A stretch of 64,000 nt of DNA from an uncultured delta proteobacterium (GCA_963767925.1 CAVYGB010000008.1:2688001-2752000); one strand, 5' to 3'. Shown: positions 33,029 through 43,089, counted from the first letter of the stretch. Notes: a model not told the origin generated them from the letters alone. Program-made: numbers and translations.

Positions 33029-34675
33029 ATGTCGCAAACGGCTACAAAGAATCCGCTGGAGGAGGCGGGAACGGCGATGACGGACGGCGTGCGCGATCGG
33101 ACGCTCTCCGAGCTCCCGCTGCAGCCGGTGTATCGTCCCGGCGAGCTCGAGGGCAGCGGCTGGCAGCCCGAGCAGCGCCTCGGCGAGCCCGGCGCCTACC
33201 CGTACACACGGGGCCCCCACCCCACGATGTACCGGGGGAAGCTGTGGACGATGCGGATGTTCTCGGGCTTCGGCTCGCCCGACGACACCAACCAGCGCTT
33301 CAAGTTCCTGCTCGCGCAGGGGCAGACCGGGCTCTCGACCGCCTTCGACATGCCGACCTTGATGGGCTACGACCCCGACCATCCCCGCTCGCTGGGCGAG
33401 GTGGGCCGCGAGGGGGTCTCGGTGGCGAGCCTCGAGGACATGCGCCGGCTGTTCGCCGACATCCCGCTCGACCAGGTCAGCACCTCGATGACGATCAACG
33501 CGCCTGCCGTGGTGGTGCTGGCGTTCTACGAGGCGCTGGCCGAGGAGCGGGGCATCGCCCCCGATCGCCTGGCCGGGACCGTCCAGAACGACATGTTCAA
33601 GGAGTTCATCGCCCAGAAGGAGTGGATCTGCGGCCTGCGGCCCCACCTGCGCATCGTCAAGGACATGCTCGTGCATTGCACGCGGCGGATGCCCCGGTGG
33701 AACACAATCAGCGTGAGCGGCTACCACATCCGCGAGGCCGGGTCGACGGCGGTACAGGAGCTGGCCTTCACCCTGGCCGACGGGATCGGCTACGTCGAGC
33801 TGGGCCTGGCGGCGGGGCTCGACATCGACGAGTTCGCCCCCCGGCTCTCGTTCTTCTGGGACGTGCACAACGACTTCTTCGAGGAGATCGCCAAGCTGCG
33901 GGCGGCCCGGCGCATGTGGGCCCGCATCATGCGCGAGCGCTTCTCCGCCCGGAACCCGCGCTCCTGGCTGCTGCGGGCCCACGCCCAGACCGCGGGCGTG
34001 TCGCTGGTGGCGCAGCAACCCCTCAACAACGTCGTGCGCACCGCCCTGCAGGCCCTGGCCGCCGTGCTGGGCGGGGTCCAGTCGCTGCACACGAACAGCT
34101 ACGACGAGACCTTCGCCCTGCCCACCGAGGAGGCGGCGTCGCTGGCCCTGCGCACGCAGCAGATCATCGCGCACGAGAGCGGCGTCCCCAACGTCGTCGA
34201 TCCCCTGGGTGGGTCCTATTTCCTCGAGTCCCTGACCGACCAGATGGAGGCGGAGGCGAACCGTTACCTCGAGAAGATCGAGGCCCTGGGCGGCATCGCC
34301 CGGGCCATCGAGGAGGGCTATCCCCAGCGCGAGATCGCCGCCTCCGCCTACCGCTACCAACGTGAGGTGGATGCGAACGAGCGGGTCGTGGTAGGGGTGA
34401 ACAGGCACGTGTCCGAGGACGAGGCCGCCATACCAACGCTGAAGATCGACCTTCGAGCGGAGCAAGATCAGATCGCCCGCGTGCGAGCCTTCCGGATGGG
34501 CCGTTCCAGCGACGCCGCGCAGCGTGGGCTGGAGGCGGTCCGCCGGGCCTGCGAAGGGACCGACAACATCATGGATGCGACCTTGCTCGCCGTGAAAAAC
34601 GGGGCGACTCTGGGCGAGGTCTGCCAGGTTTTCCGTGACGTGTTCGGCGAGCACCGAGACCCCGCTTACCTCTGA
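33029..34675 (+). CDS. icmA: acyl-CoA mutase large (substrate-binding) subunit, isobutyryl-CoA mutase-type
   Basis: [48 protein letters not shown] and SLHTNSYDE; no B12-binding DxHxxG domain. The start may be 33077. Confidence 0.8.
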   Translation: MSQTATKNPLEEAGTAMTDGVRDRTLSELPLQPVYRPGELEGSGWQPEQRLGEPGAYPYTRGPHPTMYRGKLWTMRMFSGFGSPDDTNQRFKFLLAQGQTGLSTAFDMPTLMGYDPDHPRSLGEVGREGVSVASLEDMRRLFADIPLDQVSTSMTINAPAVVVLAFYEALAEERGIAPDRLAGTVQNDMFKEFIAQKEWICGLRPHLRIVKDMLVHCTRRMPRWNTISVSGYHIREAGSTAVQELAFTLADGIGYVELGLAAGLDIDEFAPRLSFFWDVHNDFFEEIAKLRAARRMWARIMRERFSARNPRSWLLRAHAQTAGVSLVAQQPLNNVVRTALQALAAVLGGVQSLHTNSYDETFALPTEEAASLALRTQQIIAHESGVPNVVDPLGGSYFLESLTDQMEAEANRYLEKIEALGGIARAIEEGYPQREIAASAYRYQREVDANERVVVGVNRHVSEDEAAIPTLKIDLRAEQDQIARVRAFRMGRSSDAAQRGLEAVRRACEGTDNIMDATLLAVKNGATLGEVCQVFRDVFGEHRDPAYL

Positions 34676-34705
34676 AGACCTCTGATGATCGAAGGAGCCC
34701 CGTAG

Positions 34706-35203
34706 ATGCCGACCCCTGGCGTAGGAGACGATATCGAAGACGTGTGCAGCCGGTGCGGCGACACCTGGCACGTCGTCATGGCCAAGGTGGGGGAAAAGAT
34801 TGCCAAAGTCGTGTGCAAACGCTGCGGCGGCCAGCACGGCTACCGGGGCTCGGAAGGCGCCGGCCAGGCGGCGGCCAGCACCGGTGGGGCGGCGAAACGA
34901 ACCGTGCGTCGGCGAACCACCAAGCCGAGTCTCGAGGCGGTCTCCGCCCCGCCCCCCGCGTTCGACCCGGACAAGCCGCCCCGGCCCTATTCGGTCCGTG
35001 ACCTCTACGTCCCCGGCGAGCGGATCGTGCACCCCACCTTCGGGACCGGGATAGTGGCGGCGACGCCGGGACCGGGGAAGGTCGATGTCGTGTTCCCCTC
35101 GGGCAGCCGCACGCTCGCCTGCAACAAGGCAGAGTCCACCCTGGCCCGGCCAGTGGCGGTCTCCAACGTCCCGATCGGCGATCGACCTCCCGACGGGAAA
35201 TGA
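34706..35203 (+). CDS. conserved hypothetical protein: zinc ribbon plus SH3/Tudor-like domain
   Basis: CSRC...H...CKRC...H in the N-terminus; ERIVHPTFGTGIV in the C-terminus. Confidence 0.75.
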   Translation: MPTPGVGDDIEDVCSRCGDTWHVVMAKVGEKIAKVVCKRCGGQHGYRGSEGAGQAAASTGGAAKRTVRRRTTKPSLEAVSAPPPAFDPDKPPRPYSVRDLYVPGERIVHPTFGTGIVAATPGPGKVDVVFPSGSRTLACNKAESTLARPVAVSNVPIGDRPPDGK

Positions 35204-35880
35204 GCGCCGCTGCCCCCGAAGCCCTGGCTGCCCACCGCCGGGACACGCCGGGGACGGCGGGCCTGTCGGGCGCCCGTTTCCTGGCCTACAAATGGGCGAT
35301 CGGCCTGGCCCTGGCCGGCGTGCAGTCGGCGGTTTACTTCGCGCTGGGCTACCTCGAGCGCACCCGATCGGCGACCCTGCTGGCCCTCCCGCTCGACCGG
35401 GAGGTCCCCTTCCTGGTCTGGACGGTCTGGCTGTACCTGCCGTTTTACGCCGGCATCTTCGCGCTGGCCATCACCGGGCTGCGCCGGATCGACCTGTTTC
35501 ACAGGGCGGTCAAGGGCTTCCTGCTCACGGTGCTGATCGGCGCGCTCGGCCACCTCCTGATCGCCGCCGAATACCCGCGGCCACCCGTCCCGCTGCCGGC
35601 CCGGGGGCTCTCGGAGGCTTTCCTGGCCTGGGTGCAGGCGGTCGACCCGCCGGGTAACGTCTTCCCCTCGTTGCACGTCGCCCACACGACGGCGCTGGCC
35701 CTGGTGCTCCGGCGGGACCGCCGCCGGATGGGCGCGCTGGCCCTGGTGATGGCCCTGCTGCTCGCGCTGTCCACGATGACCACCAAGCAGCACTTCGTCG
35801 TCGACGTGCTGTCCGGCTGGCTGATCGCCTTCCTGGTGAGCCGCTGGATCCTCCGTCCCTTCCCGCGATCGCCCGGATGA
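35200..35880 (+). CDS. PAP2-superfamily membrane protein
   Basis: NVFPSLHVA and KQHFVVDV motifs; several TM helices; ATGA overlaps at both ends. Confidence 0.85.
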   Translation: MSAAAPEALAAHRRDTPGTAGLSGARFLAYKWAIGLALAGVQSAVYFALGYLERTRSATLLALPLDREVPFLVWTVWLYLPFYAGIFALAITGLRRIDLFHRAVKGFLLTVLIGALGHLLIAAEYPRPPVPLPARGLSEAFLAWVQAVDPPGNVFPSLHVAHTTALALVLRRDRRRMGALALVMALLLALSTMTTKQHFVVDVLSGWLIAFLVSRWILRPFPRSPG

Positions 35881-37163
35881 CCGAGCCGGCGGGGGTGGAG
35901 CTGGGGGGGTACCGGCCGACCTGGCGCCGGGCGCTGGTGCTGCTCTGGCTGGGGCAGGTCATGTCCCATCTCGGCGACGCCCTGTTCGCGGTTGGGATCT
36001 TCTTCCTGGCCTTCGAGATCACCGGCTCCAAGGCCGGCAGCGGCCTGCTCATCGCCCTCAACTACCTGCCGGCGCTGGCGCTGGGGCCCTTCGCGGGCGC
36101 CTTCGTCGACCGGCATGACCGCCGGCGGGTGATGTTGACCGCCGAGCTCGTGCGGGGCCTGGCGGTGGGCGCCATCCCCCTGCTCTACGTCACGGGGCAG
36201 CTCACGCCGTTCGCCCTGGGGGCGGCGATGTTCGTCCTCGCGACCGGCACCGCCATGTTCAATCCGGCCCTGAAGGCGCTGGTGCCCGAGGTGGTGCCGC
36301 CGGCCCACCTGACCACCGCCGCTGCGGTCTTCCAGATGTCCGAGTTCGCCGCCCTGGTGGTCGGGCCGGTGGTGGCGGGGCTGGTCATCATCCCGGAGCT
36401 GGGGACGGTCCACCTCTTCACCCTGGACGCCGCCACCTTCGTCGTCTCCCTGCTGTGTGTGCTGGCGCTGGCCCCCATCGCCCGCCAGGCGGCCCACGCG
36501 GCGGTGCAGGGCCCGCTGCCGCCCACCGCCAGCGGGCGGATCCGGCTGCGCACGCCCCCCGGCGTGATCACCGAGGTGCGCTCGGGGATGCGGGCCATGT
36601 TCGCCCGCAGCGAGCTGCGCGCCCTGCTGGTGCTGGTGGCGGCGGACAACCTGCTGCTGACCGGGCTGTCCCAGATCGCCACGCCGCTGCTGATCAAGGA
36701 GACCCTTGGCCTGGGCAACGAGGCCTACGCCGGCGTGCAGAGCTTTTTTTATCTCGGCCTGCTGGTGGCGAGCGGGGGCTTCTGGCTGCTGGGCCGCCGG
36801 GGGCCCAAGAAGCGGACCATCCTGGTCGGCATCGTCCTCGACGGGTTGACCTTCTTGCCGCTGGCGTTCTGCCACACGCTCGGCGAGGTTCAGCTCGCCA
36901 TGTTCTTCCACGCGCTCGCGGTGCCCCTCATCATCATCCCCCGCACCGTGCTGGTCCAGGAGCTGGTCCCGGGGCCCCTGCATGGCCGCGCCTTCGCCCT
37001 GCTCAACGCCACGGTGTTCGGGATGACGGCGATCTCGGTCGGGCTGACCGGCTTCCTCGCCGAGCACCTGTCGCTGCAGACGCTGTTCCTGGGGCTGGGC
37101 GGGCTGGGCACCCTGACCGGCCTGGTCGGCCTGGTCGTGACCCGCACGCGGGCGGCCCGATGA
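35877..37163 (+). CDS. MFS transporter
   Basis: About 12 TM helices; motif A GAFVDRHDRRRV. Confidence 0.9.
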   Translation: MTEPAGVELGGYRPTWRRALVLLWLGQVMSHLGDALFAVGIFFLAFEITGSKAGSGLLIALNYLPALALGPFAGAFVDRHDRRRVMLTAELVRGLAVGAIPLLYVTGQLTPFALGAAMFVLATGTAMFNPALKALVPEVVPPAHLTTAAAVFQMSEFAALVVGPVVAGLVIIPELGTVHLFTLDAATFVVSLLCVLALAPIARQAAHAAVQGPLPPTASGRIRLRTPPGVITEVRSGMRAMFARSELRALLVLVAADNLLLTGLSQIATPLLIKETLGLGNEAYAGVQSFFYLGLLVASGGFWLLGRRGPKKRTILVGIVLDGLTFLPLAFCHTLGEVQLAMFFHALAVPLIIIPRTVLVQELVPGPLHGRAFALLNATVFGMTAISVGLTGFLAEHLSLQTLFLGLGGLGTLTGLVGLVVTRTRAAR

Positions 37164-38518
37164 CGGGCGAGGAGGCGCCCCGGCTGGTGCGGCCGACGGC
37201 CCTCGACGATCAGGGCAGCGGCCTGGCCGAGATCGACGACCTGCGGGTGCACGTGGCCGGCGTCCTGCCCGGGGAGGAGGCCACCGCCCTGATCGAGCAC
37301 GTGTCGTCCCACCGCCGCCCGGACGGCCGGCGCGAGGCCTGGGGACGGGCCCTCGAGGTGCGGGTGCGCTCTCCCGATCGGACGGCCCCGGCCTGCCCGG
37401 CCCACGGCCCCTGCGGCGGCTGTCCGGTGCAGCACCTGGCCTACCCGGCCCAGCTCCGCTGGAAGCGGGAGCAGGTGGCGACGGCCCTGGCCGGGCTGGA
37501 CCGGCTACCGGAGGTGGAGGCCTGCGCGCCCTCCCCTTGCGTCCTCGGCTACCGCAACCAGGGCAAATACGTCTACGGGGCGGTGCTGGCGCGAGGACGG
37601 CCCACTCTGGGCGCCTACGCGCCCCGGTCGCATCAGCTCATCGACCTGCTCGGCTGCCAGGTTGTCGAGCCCCCGATCGACGCCGTGGCCAGCACCTTGC
37701 GAGAGCTGCTGGCCGAACGGGCCGTCGTCCCCTTCGACGAGCGCCGGCGGACCGGACTGCTGCGGTACTGCGTGCTGCGCAGCAACCGGGCCGGCCAGGT
37801 GCTCGTCACGCTGGTGACCGGCAAGCCGGCCTGGAGCGAGGGCCCCGCGCTGGCGGAGGCGCTGCGGGCGGCGCGTCCCGAGGTGGCGGGCGTGCTCTGG
37901 AGCATCAACGAATCGCCGGGCAACGTCATCTTCGGGCCGGAGACGTTCCCCCTGGCCGGCCAGGCCGAGCTGAACGAGACCCTGGCCGGGGTGACCGTCT
38001 CGGTGGGCCCGCGGGTCTTCCTGCAGCTCAACCGGGAGGTGGCGGCCCGCATCTACGCCGAGGTGACCGCGGCCGCCGGGGAGCTGGCTCCGCTCGGCCG
38101 GGTGGTGGAGCTGTACGCGGGCGTGGGGGCGATGTCCTTCGGGGTGGCGGCCCGGGCGGCCGAGGTCGTCGCGATCGAGGAGAATTCCGCGGCCTGCGCC
38201 GCCGGCCGGGACGCGGCGGCGGCGGCCGGGTTGAGCCACGTCCGCTTCGTCACCGCCGACGCTGCCAGCGGCCTGCGCGGGATCGAGGCGGCCGACGCGG
38301 TCATCCTGAACCCACCGCGGGCCGGGCTGGCGCCCGGCCTGGCGGCGGCGGTGGCGAAGCTGCGGCCGCGGCTGTGCGCCTACGTCTCGTGCAACCCGGC
38401 CACGCTGGCCCGGGACCTCGTCGGGCTGACTGCGGAGGGCCTGCGTCCGGTCCGCCTCGCCCCCTTCGACATGCTCCCCCATACCCCCCACGTCGAGGTG
38501 CTGGCGCTGCTGAAGTGA
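37160..38518 (+). CDS. rlmD: 23S rRNA m5U1939 methyltransferase RlmD family
   Basis: CPAHGPCGGC 4Fe-4S motif, YRN, FLQLN, ELYAGVG, NPPRAG, YVSCNP and DMLPHTPHVE. Confidence 0.88.
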   Translation: MTGEEAPRLVRPTALDDQGSGLAEIDDLRVHVAGVLPGEEATALIEHVSSHRRPDGRREAWGRALEVRVRSPDRTAPACPAHGPCGGCPVQHLAYPAQLRWKREQVATALAGLDRLPEVEACAPSPCVLGYRNQGKYVYGAVLARGRPTLGAYAPRSHQLIDLLGCQVVEPPIDAVASTLRELLAERAVVPFDERRRTGLLRYCVLRSNRAGQVLVTLVTGKPAWSEGPALAEALRAARPEVAGVLWSINESPGNVIFGPETFPLAGQAELNETLAGVTVSVGPRVFLQLNREVAARIYAEVTAAAGELAPLGRVVELYAGVGAMSFGVAARAAEVVAIEENSAACAAGRDAAAAAGLSHVRFVTADAASGLRGIEAADAVILNPPRAGLAPGLAAAVAKLRPRLCAYVSCNPATLARDLVGLTAEGLRPVRLAPFDMLPHTPHVEVLALLK

Positions 38519-38595
38519 GCCCTTTACAGGGCGGGCGGCACCTGGTCTTCTCGCGGCGACGTCGTCACGATCGGGGCCCGGAAGGGGGGCCACCC

Positions 38596-39891
38596 ATGCG
38601 CACAGCCACCACCTCCGCCTCCGCGTTTCGATCCTCAGGACGGTCTGCCGCGCTGGCCGTCGTTCTGGTTGCTCTCCTGGCTGCTCTGCTGGCCCCCGCC
38701 ACCGCGCTCGCCCAGGACCCGCCCCCGAGCCCGCCGGCCGAGCCGGAGCCCGCGCCCGACAGCGAGACGCCGCCGACCGTGCCGCCGCTGCCCCCCGCGC
38801 CGCCGCCGGTCGTGGATCCCTCGGCCCCGCCGCCCATCGACGTGCCGGCCCCCAGCTTCGAATCGTCGCTGCCACCCAGCGTGCTCGCCAACCTCAAGTG
38901 GGAGGGCCTCGTCGACACCTATTACCTCTACAAGGTGACGGGCTCGAACACGGTTGAGGATCCCGAGCGCCGGGTTTACGACACCCTGGGCGGCACCTTC
39001 GCCCTGGCCTACGCCAAGCTGGCCCTGCAGATGGACGCCGACCCGGTGGGCCTGCGCATCGACTTCGGCTACGGCCAGGTGGGGTCGATCATCAACGACA
39101 GCAGCAAGCTGGCCTCCGACCCGGTCGCCGGGACCGCCCTCTACGCGAGCGCCTTCATCGTCCAGCAGGCCTACGCCACCGCACGCCTCGGCATCGCCAC
39201 CCTCGACGCCGGCAAGTTCAACACCACCGCGGGCGCCGAGGTCACCGAGGCCAACCGCAACTGGCTGTACTCCCGCTCGCTGCTGTTCGCCGCCATCCCC
39301 GCCCTGCACACGGGCCTGCGCCTCACCCTCAAGCCGAACGACACGGTCAGCGTGCAGGCCAGCCTGGTCAACGGCGGCATCACGAACAACGACCCCGACA
39401 ACAACGCCTGGAAGACGGTGGGCCTGTCGCTGGGGCTGGCGCCCTCGGCGGCCACCCTGGTGGCGCTCACCGGTTACCTCGGCAAGGAGGGGCCCCCCAT
39501 TGACCAGGGGGAGTTGCAGCTCCTGCTCGACCTCGTGCTGGGCCAGAGCTTCGGCGAGTCGGTGGCGGTCAACCTCAACGTCGACTACTTCAAGAACGGC
39601 AGCGCCTACTGGATCGGGGCGTCGGCCATGGGCCGCTTCGTCCTGACCGAGCTGCTCTACCTCGCGCTCCGCGGAGAGGTCGTCTCGTCCCGGAACGGGG
39701 GGTATGCCGGCATCACCCAGGACATCAACCTGTTCGAGGGCAGCTTGATGGCCGGGCTGCCGGTGGGGACCAACTACGAGATCCGCCTGGAGCTGCGCGG
39801 AGACTTCGGCAACCGGGACATCTTTCACCGGGGGACGGAGACCCGCAGCAACCAGCTCACCGCCCTGGCCGCCTTCCTGGCGGGGTTCTAG
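38596..39891 (+). CDS. outer-membrane beta-barrel protein (putative porin)
   Basis: Signal peptide, Pro-rich linker, GLVDTYY, QQAYAT, DAGKFNTTAGAE, NWLYSRS and a terminal F. Confidence 0.8.
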   Translation: MRTATTSASAFRSSGRSAALAVVLVALLAALLAPATALAQDPPPSPPAEPEPAPDSETPPTVPPLPPAPPPVVDPSAPPPIDVPAPSFESSLPPSVLANLKWEGLVDTYYLYKVTGSNTVEDPERRVYDTLGGTFALAYAKLALQMDADPVGLRIDFGYGQVGSIINDSSKLASDPVAGTALYASAFIVQQAYATARLGIATLDAGKFNTTAGAEVTEANRNWLYSRSLLFAAIPALHTGLRLTLKPNDTVSVQASLVNGGITNNDPDNNAWKTVGLSLGLAPSAATLVALTGYLGKEGPPIDQGELQLLLDLVLGQSFGESVAVNLNVDYFKNGSAYWIGASAMGRFVLTELLYLALRGEVVSSRNGGYAGITQDINLFEGSLMAGLPVGTNYEIRLELRGDFGNRDIFHRGTETRSNQLTALAAFLAGF

Positions 39892-40084
39892 CCGCCGGCG
39901 CCGGTGGCCGGCGCGCGACCGGGCGGCGGCGGCGAGCGCCACCACCAGCGCCAGCCCGGCGGCGGACACCGGACGGGGGGACGCGGCGAGCTGGCAGGCG
40001 CAGCCGGCGGCTTGTCGTGCGCCGCCCTCGGCGGGTGGGGCGCCGTCGGGCCGCCAGCAGGGCCAGGCCGCCGGGGAGGGTCAT
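39888..40084 (-). pseudogene. vestige of a MYXO-CTERM-like surface protein coupled to pqqE
   Basis: The ATG overlapping the pqqE stop gives MTLPGGLALLAA; a shifted frame then reads AAGCACQLAASPRPVSAAGLALVVALAAAARSRAGHRRRR. Confidence 0.45.
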
Positions 40085-41187
40085 GCCACGGTCGGCAGGC
40101 GGCGGTAGCGCAGGGGGGCCGGCCCCGGCTCCTGCTCCGCCTGGGCCCGGGCCTGCTCGACGAGGGCGTGGTCGGGCGAACGCGAGCAGACCGGGTCGGT
40201 GGCGCTGGCGTCGCCAGTGAGCTGGAAGGCCTGGCAGCGGCAGCCCCCGAGATCGAGGGCGCGGCGATCGCAGGTGCGGCAGGTGGGGCTCATCCAGTCC
40301 TCGCCGCGGAAGGCCTGGAAACCCGGCGAATCGCGCCAGATCTCGCCCAGGGGGCGGTCGCGCACGCTCTCGAAGCGCAGCGATCGGATGGTGTGGGCGG
40401 CCTGGCAGGGCAAGGCCGTCCCGTCGGGCGCCACGACCAGGTACCGCTGCCCCCAGCCGGCCATGCAGGTGCGGGGAAAGTCGGCGTGATAGTCGGGCAA
40501 CACGAACAGGACGTCCATCTTGCCGCGCAGGCGCTCGCGAGCGGCGGTCGCCTCCTGGCGGGCGCGCTCGAGGGCGGCCCGGTCGGGCAGCAGCGCCGCC
40601 CGGTTGAGCAGCGCCCAGCCCAGGTACTGGGTGTTGGCCAGCTCGAGCCGGTCGGCCCCCAGCCGCTCGGCCAGGTCGATGATCTCGGCGGTGCGGGCCA
40701 GGTTCTGGCGGTGCAGGACCACGTTCACCGTGAGCGGGCGCCCGAGCTCGCGCGTCCAGCGGGCCAGGTCGAGCTTCGCCTCCCAGGCGTCGCGCCCGGA
40801 GATCCGCTGGGCCGTCGCCCGATCGACGTCCTGGAAGGAGATCTGCACCGCGTCCAGCCCGCGCCGGCACAGCGCCTCGAGCCGGTCGCGCGTGAAGGGG
40901 ACGCCGCTCGTGATGAGGTTGCTATAGAGCTCGAGGCGCCGGGCCTCCCCCACGATCTCCTCGAGGTCGTCGCGCAGGGCCGGCTCGCCGCCGGTGAAGT
41001 TCACCTCCAGCACGCCGAGCTGATCGGCCTCGCCCAGGACGCGGCACCAGGTGGCGGTGTCGAGCTCGCGCCCGGTCGCCGACACCTGCACCGGGTTGGA
41101 GCAATACAGGCACTGGAGCGGACAGCGGTAGGTCAGCTCCGCGACGAGCGTGTAAGGCCGGTAGCCGGCGCTCAGGGGGTCTGCCAT
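40081..41187 (-). CDS. pqqE: PqqA peptide cyclase, radical SAM/SPASM
   Basis: AELTYRCPLQCLYCSNP, FTGGEP, ELANTQYLGWA, CMAGWG and GGCRCQAF motifs. Confidence 0.97.
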   Translation of the reverse strand: MADPLSAGYRPYTLVAELTYRCPLQCLYCSNPVQVSATGRELDTATWCRVLGEADQLGVLEVNFTGGEPALRDDLEEIVGEARRLELYSNLITSGVPFTRDRLEALCRRGLDAVQISFQDVDRATAQRISGRDAWEAKLDLARWTRELGRPLTVNVVLHRQNLARTAEIIDLAERLGADRLELANTQYLGWALLNRAALLPDRAALERARQEATAARERLRGKMDVLFVLPDYHADFPRTCMAGWGQRYLVVAPDGTALPCQAAHTIRSLRFESVRDRPLGEIWRDSPGFQAFRGEDWMSPTCRTCDRRALDLGGCRCQAFQLTGDASATDPVCSRSPDHALVEQARAQAEQEPGPAPLRYRRLPTVA

Positions 41188-41453
41188 GTGATGAGCCCCC
41201 GCTCCGCGAGCTGCGCGAGCAGCGCCTGCACGTCCGCGGTGATCATCGCCGGCTCGCCGCCCGTGCGGGCCACCAGCGCCGCGGCGATCTCGGCGACGGT
41301 GCGGCGGGCGTCGCACAGCTCGAGGATGGCGGCGGCGCTGGCGCTGAGGACCAGCCCCCGCTCGGGATAGAGCAGGACGGTCTTGCCCGACAGGCGGTCG
41401 GCGCGCAGGCGGGCCTTCGCCGCCAGGGCCGGCCGCCCCTGCAGCGGAATCAC
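41172..41453 (-). CDS. pqqD: PqqA-binding chaperone PqqD
   Basis: VIPLQGRPALAAK...VLLYPERGLVLSASAAAILELCD...DVQALLAQLAERGLI; GTG start overlaps the pqqC stop. Confidence 0.92.
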   Translation of the reverse strand: MIPLQGRPALAAKARLRADRLSGKTVLLYPERGLVLSASAAAILELCDARRTVAEIAAALVARTGGEPAMITADVQALLAQLAERGLITWQTP

Positions 41454-42172
41454 CGGGCCCCGCCCCCTCCGGCGGCGGCCATCGTCACGCAGTCGAGCAG
41501 GTGCCAGAGCACCTCGGTCTTGCGCACGAGGGCGGCGAGGCAGGCCTCCTGCAGCTCGCGGGTGGTGGCCTGGGCGGTCACGAAGGCCACCGCCTCCTGC
41601 GAGTCCTGGCGAGCCCGGGTCACCCGGGCCCGGAAGTAGTCCAGGCCCTCCCGGGCGACCCAGGGGTAGTGTTTCTCCCAGGCCTCGATCCGCCGGGCCA
41701 TGAGATCGGGGGCGAAGAACTCGGTCAGCGACGAGGCCACCGCCACCGGCAGAGGGCTGTGGCGGACCAGCTCGACGTAGCCGTCGCAGGCGAAGCGCAC
41801 GCCGGGCAACACCCCCCGGCAGGCGGCGACCTCCCCGGGATCCAGCCCCACCGCGCCGGCCAGCCGCAGCCAGTGGGCGAGACCGCCCGGGTGCCCGCTG
41901 TCGTCGGCGATGCCGTCGTGGTCCTGGATGCGCCGGATCCACATGCGCCGGAAGGCGGGGTCCTCCGACTTGGCGAGGATGAGCGCGTCCTTGATGGGGA
42001 TGCGCGTCTGGTAGTAGTAGCGGTTGGCCACCCAGCGCTGGATCTCCTCGCGCGACAGCTCCCCGTCGTGCATGCGCCGGTGAAACGGGTGGGCGTCGTG
42101 GTAGCGGCTGGCGCCTTCCTGGCGCAGGCGATCGACGAGCTGCTCGGGGGTGAGGGCGGGACCCGCGCTCAC
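41450..42172 (-). CDS. pqqC: pyrroloquinoline-quinone synthase PqqC
   Basis: YHDAHPFH, WVANRYYYQTRIPIKD, RIQDHDG, SSLTEFFAP and HYPWV motifs. Confidence 0.97.
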   Translation of the reverse strand: MSAGPALTPEQLVDRLRQEGASRYHDAHPFHRRMHDGELSREEIQRWVANRYYYQTRIPIKDALILAKSEDPAFRRMWIRRIQDHDGIADDSGHPGGLAHWLRLAGAVGLDPGEVAACRGVLPGVRFACDGYVELVRHSPLPVAVASSLTEFFAPDLMARRIEAWEKHYPWVAREGLDYFRARVTRARQDSQEAVAFVTAQATTRELQEACLAALVRKTEVLWHLLDCVTMAAAGGGGAR

Positions 42173-43089
42173 AGGGTGATCTCCAGGCCGTCCTCCGCCA
42201 CCTCCACCCCGGCCGCCGCCAGGACCGCTCGCTCGGGCGCGTCGTCGCGCAGGAGCGGGTTGGTGTTGTTGAGATGAATGAGGACCTTGCGCCGGACGGA
42301 CAGGCCCCGCAGGACCTCCAGGCTGCCGTCGGGTCCACCGACCGGCAGGTGGGCCATCTGGCGGCCGCGGCGATCGCCGAGGCCCTCCTTGATCAGCTCG
42401 TCGTCCGACCAGAAGGTCCCGTCGACGAACAGGCAGTCCGAGGCGGCCAGCGCCTCGCGCACGGCGGGCGTGATGGCGGCCAGCGCCGAGTAATAGGCCA
42501 GCCGCCCGCCCGTTCGGGCGTCGCGGATGTGCAGCCCGACGTTGTCCCCGGCCGCGGGCGCCCCGCTGCCCTCCAGGTGGAGTGGGCGCTTGCCTGGCGC
42601 CGGCAGGGCGGTCACGAAGAGCCCGCTCGGCTGCCCTTCCCCGAGCAGCAGGGGTTGCTCCACGCCGAGCTCGAACGGCCGCCAGGTCAGGTGCCCGGGG
42701 AACCGCTCCAGCGTCCGGTAGACGGCGTTGCCCTCGGTGAAGCCACGCTGGACCTCGGCGGTGGCGTGCACCACCAGCGGCTGCGACTCACGCAGGCAGA
42801 GCAGGCCCAGGCAATGATCGAGGTCCCCGTTGGTCAGGAGGAAACCGGCGATGGGCGTGTGCCGCGGGCGCTTCGGCCACAGCGGCGGGAAGCTCTCGAT
42901 CTGCCGGCGGACCTCGGGACTGGCCTGCAGGAGGAACCAGTGCTCACCGTCCGCGCTCAGCGCGACCGACTCCTCGAGCCGGGGTCGCGTCGCGCTGTGC
43001 TGGGCCCGGGCGGCGCGACAGTTGCCGCAGCCGCAGTTCCACTGCGGAAACCCTCCGCCCGCCGCGGACCCCAGGACCCTCAGGATCAC
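42169..43089 (-). CDS. pqqB: PQQ biosynthesis protein PqqB
   Basis: LGSAAGGGFPQWNCGCGNC, DLDHCLGL, DGTFW, MAHLPV and IHLNNTNP motifs. Confidence 0.97.
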   Translation of the reverse strand: MILRVLGSAAGGGFPQWNCGCGNCRAARAQHSATRPRLEESVALSADGEHWFLLQASPEVRRQIESFPPLWPKRPRHTPIAGFLLTNGDLDHCLGLLCLRESQPLVVHATAEVQRGFTEGNAVYRTLERFPGHLTWRPFELGVEQPLLLGEGQPSGLFVTALPAPGKRPLHLEGSGAPAAGDNVGLHIRDARTGGRLAYYSALAAITPAVREALAASDCLFVDGTFWSDDELIKEGLGDRRGRQMAHLPVGGPDGSLEVLRGLSVRRKVLIHLNNTNPLLRDDAPERAVLAAAGVEVAEDGLEITL

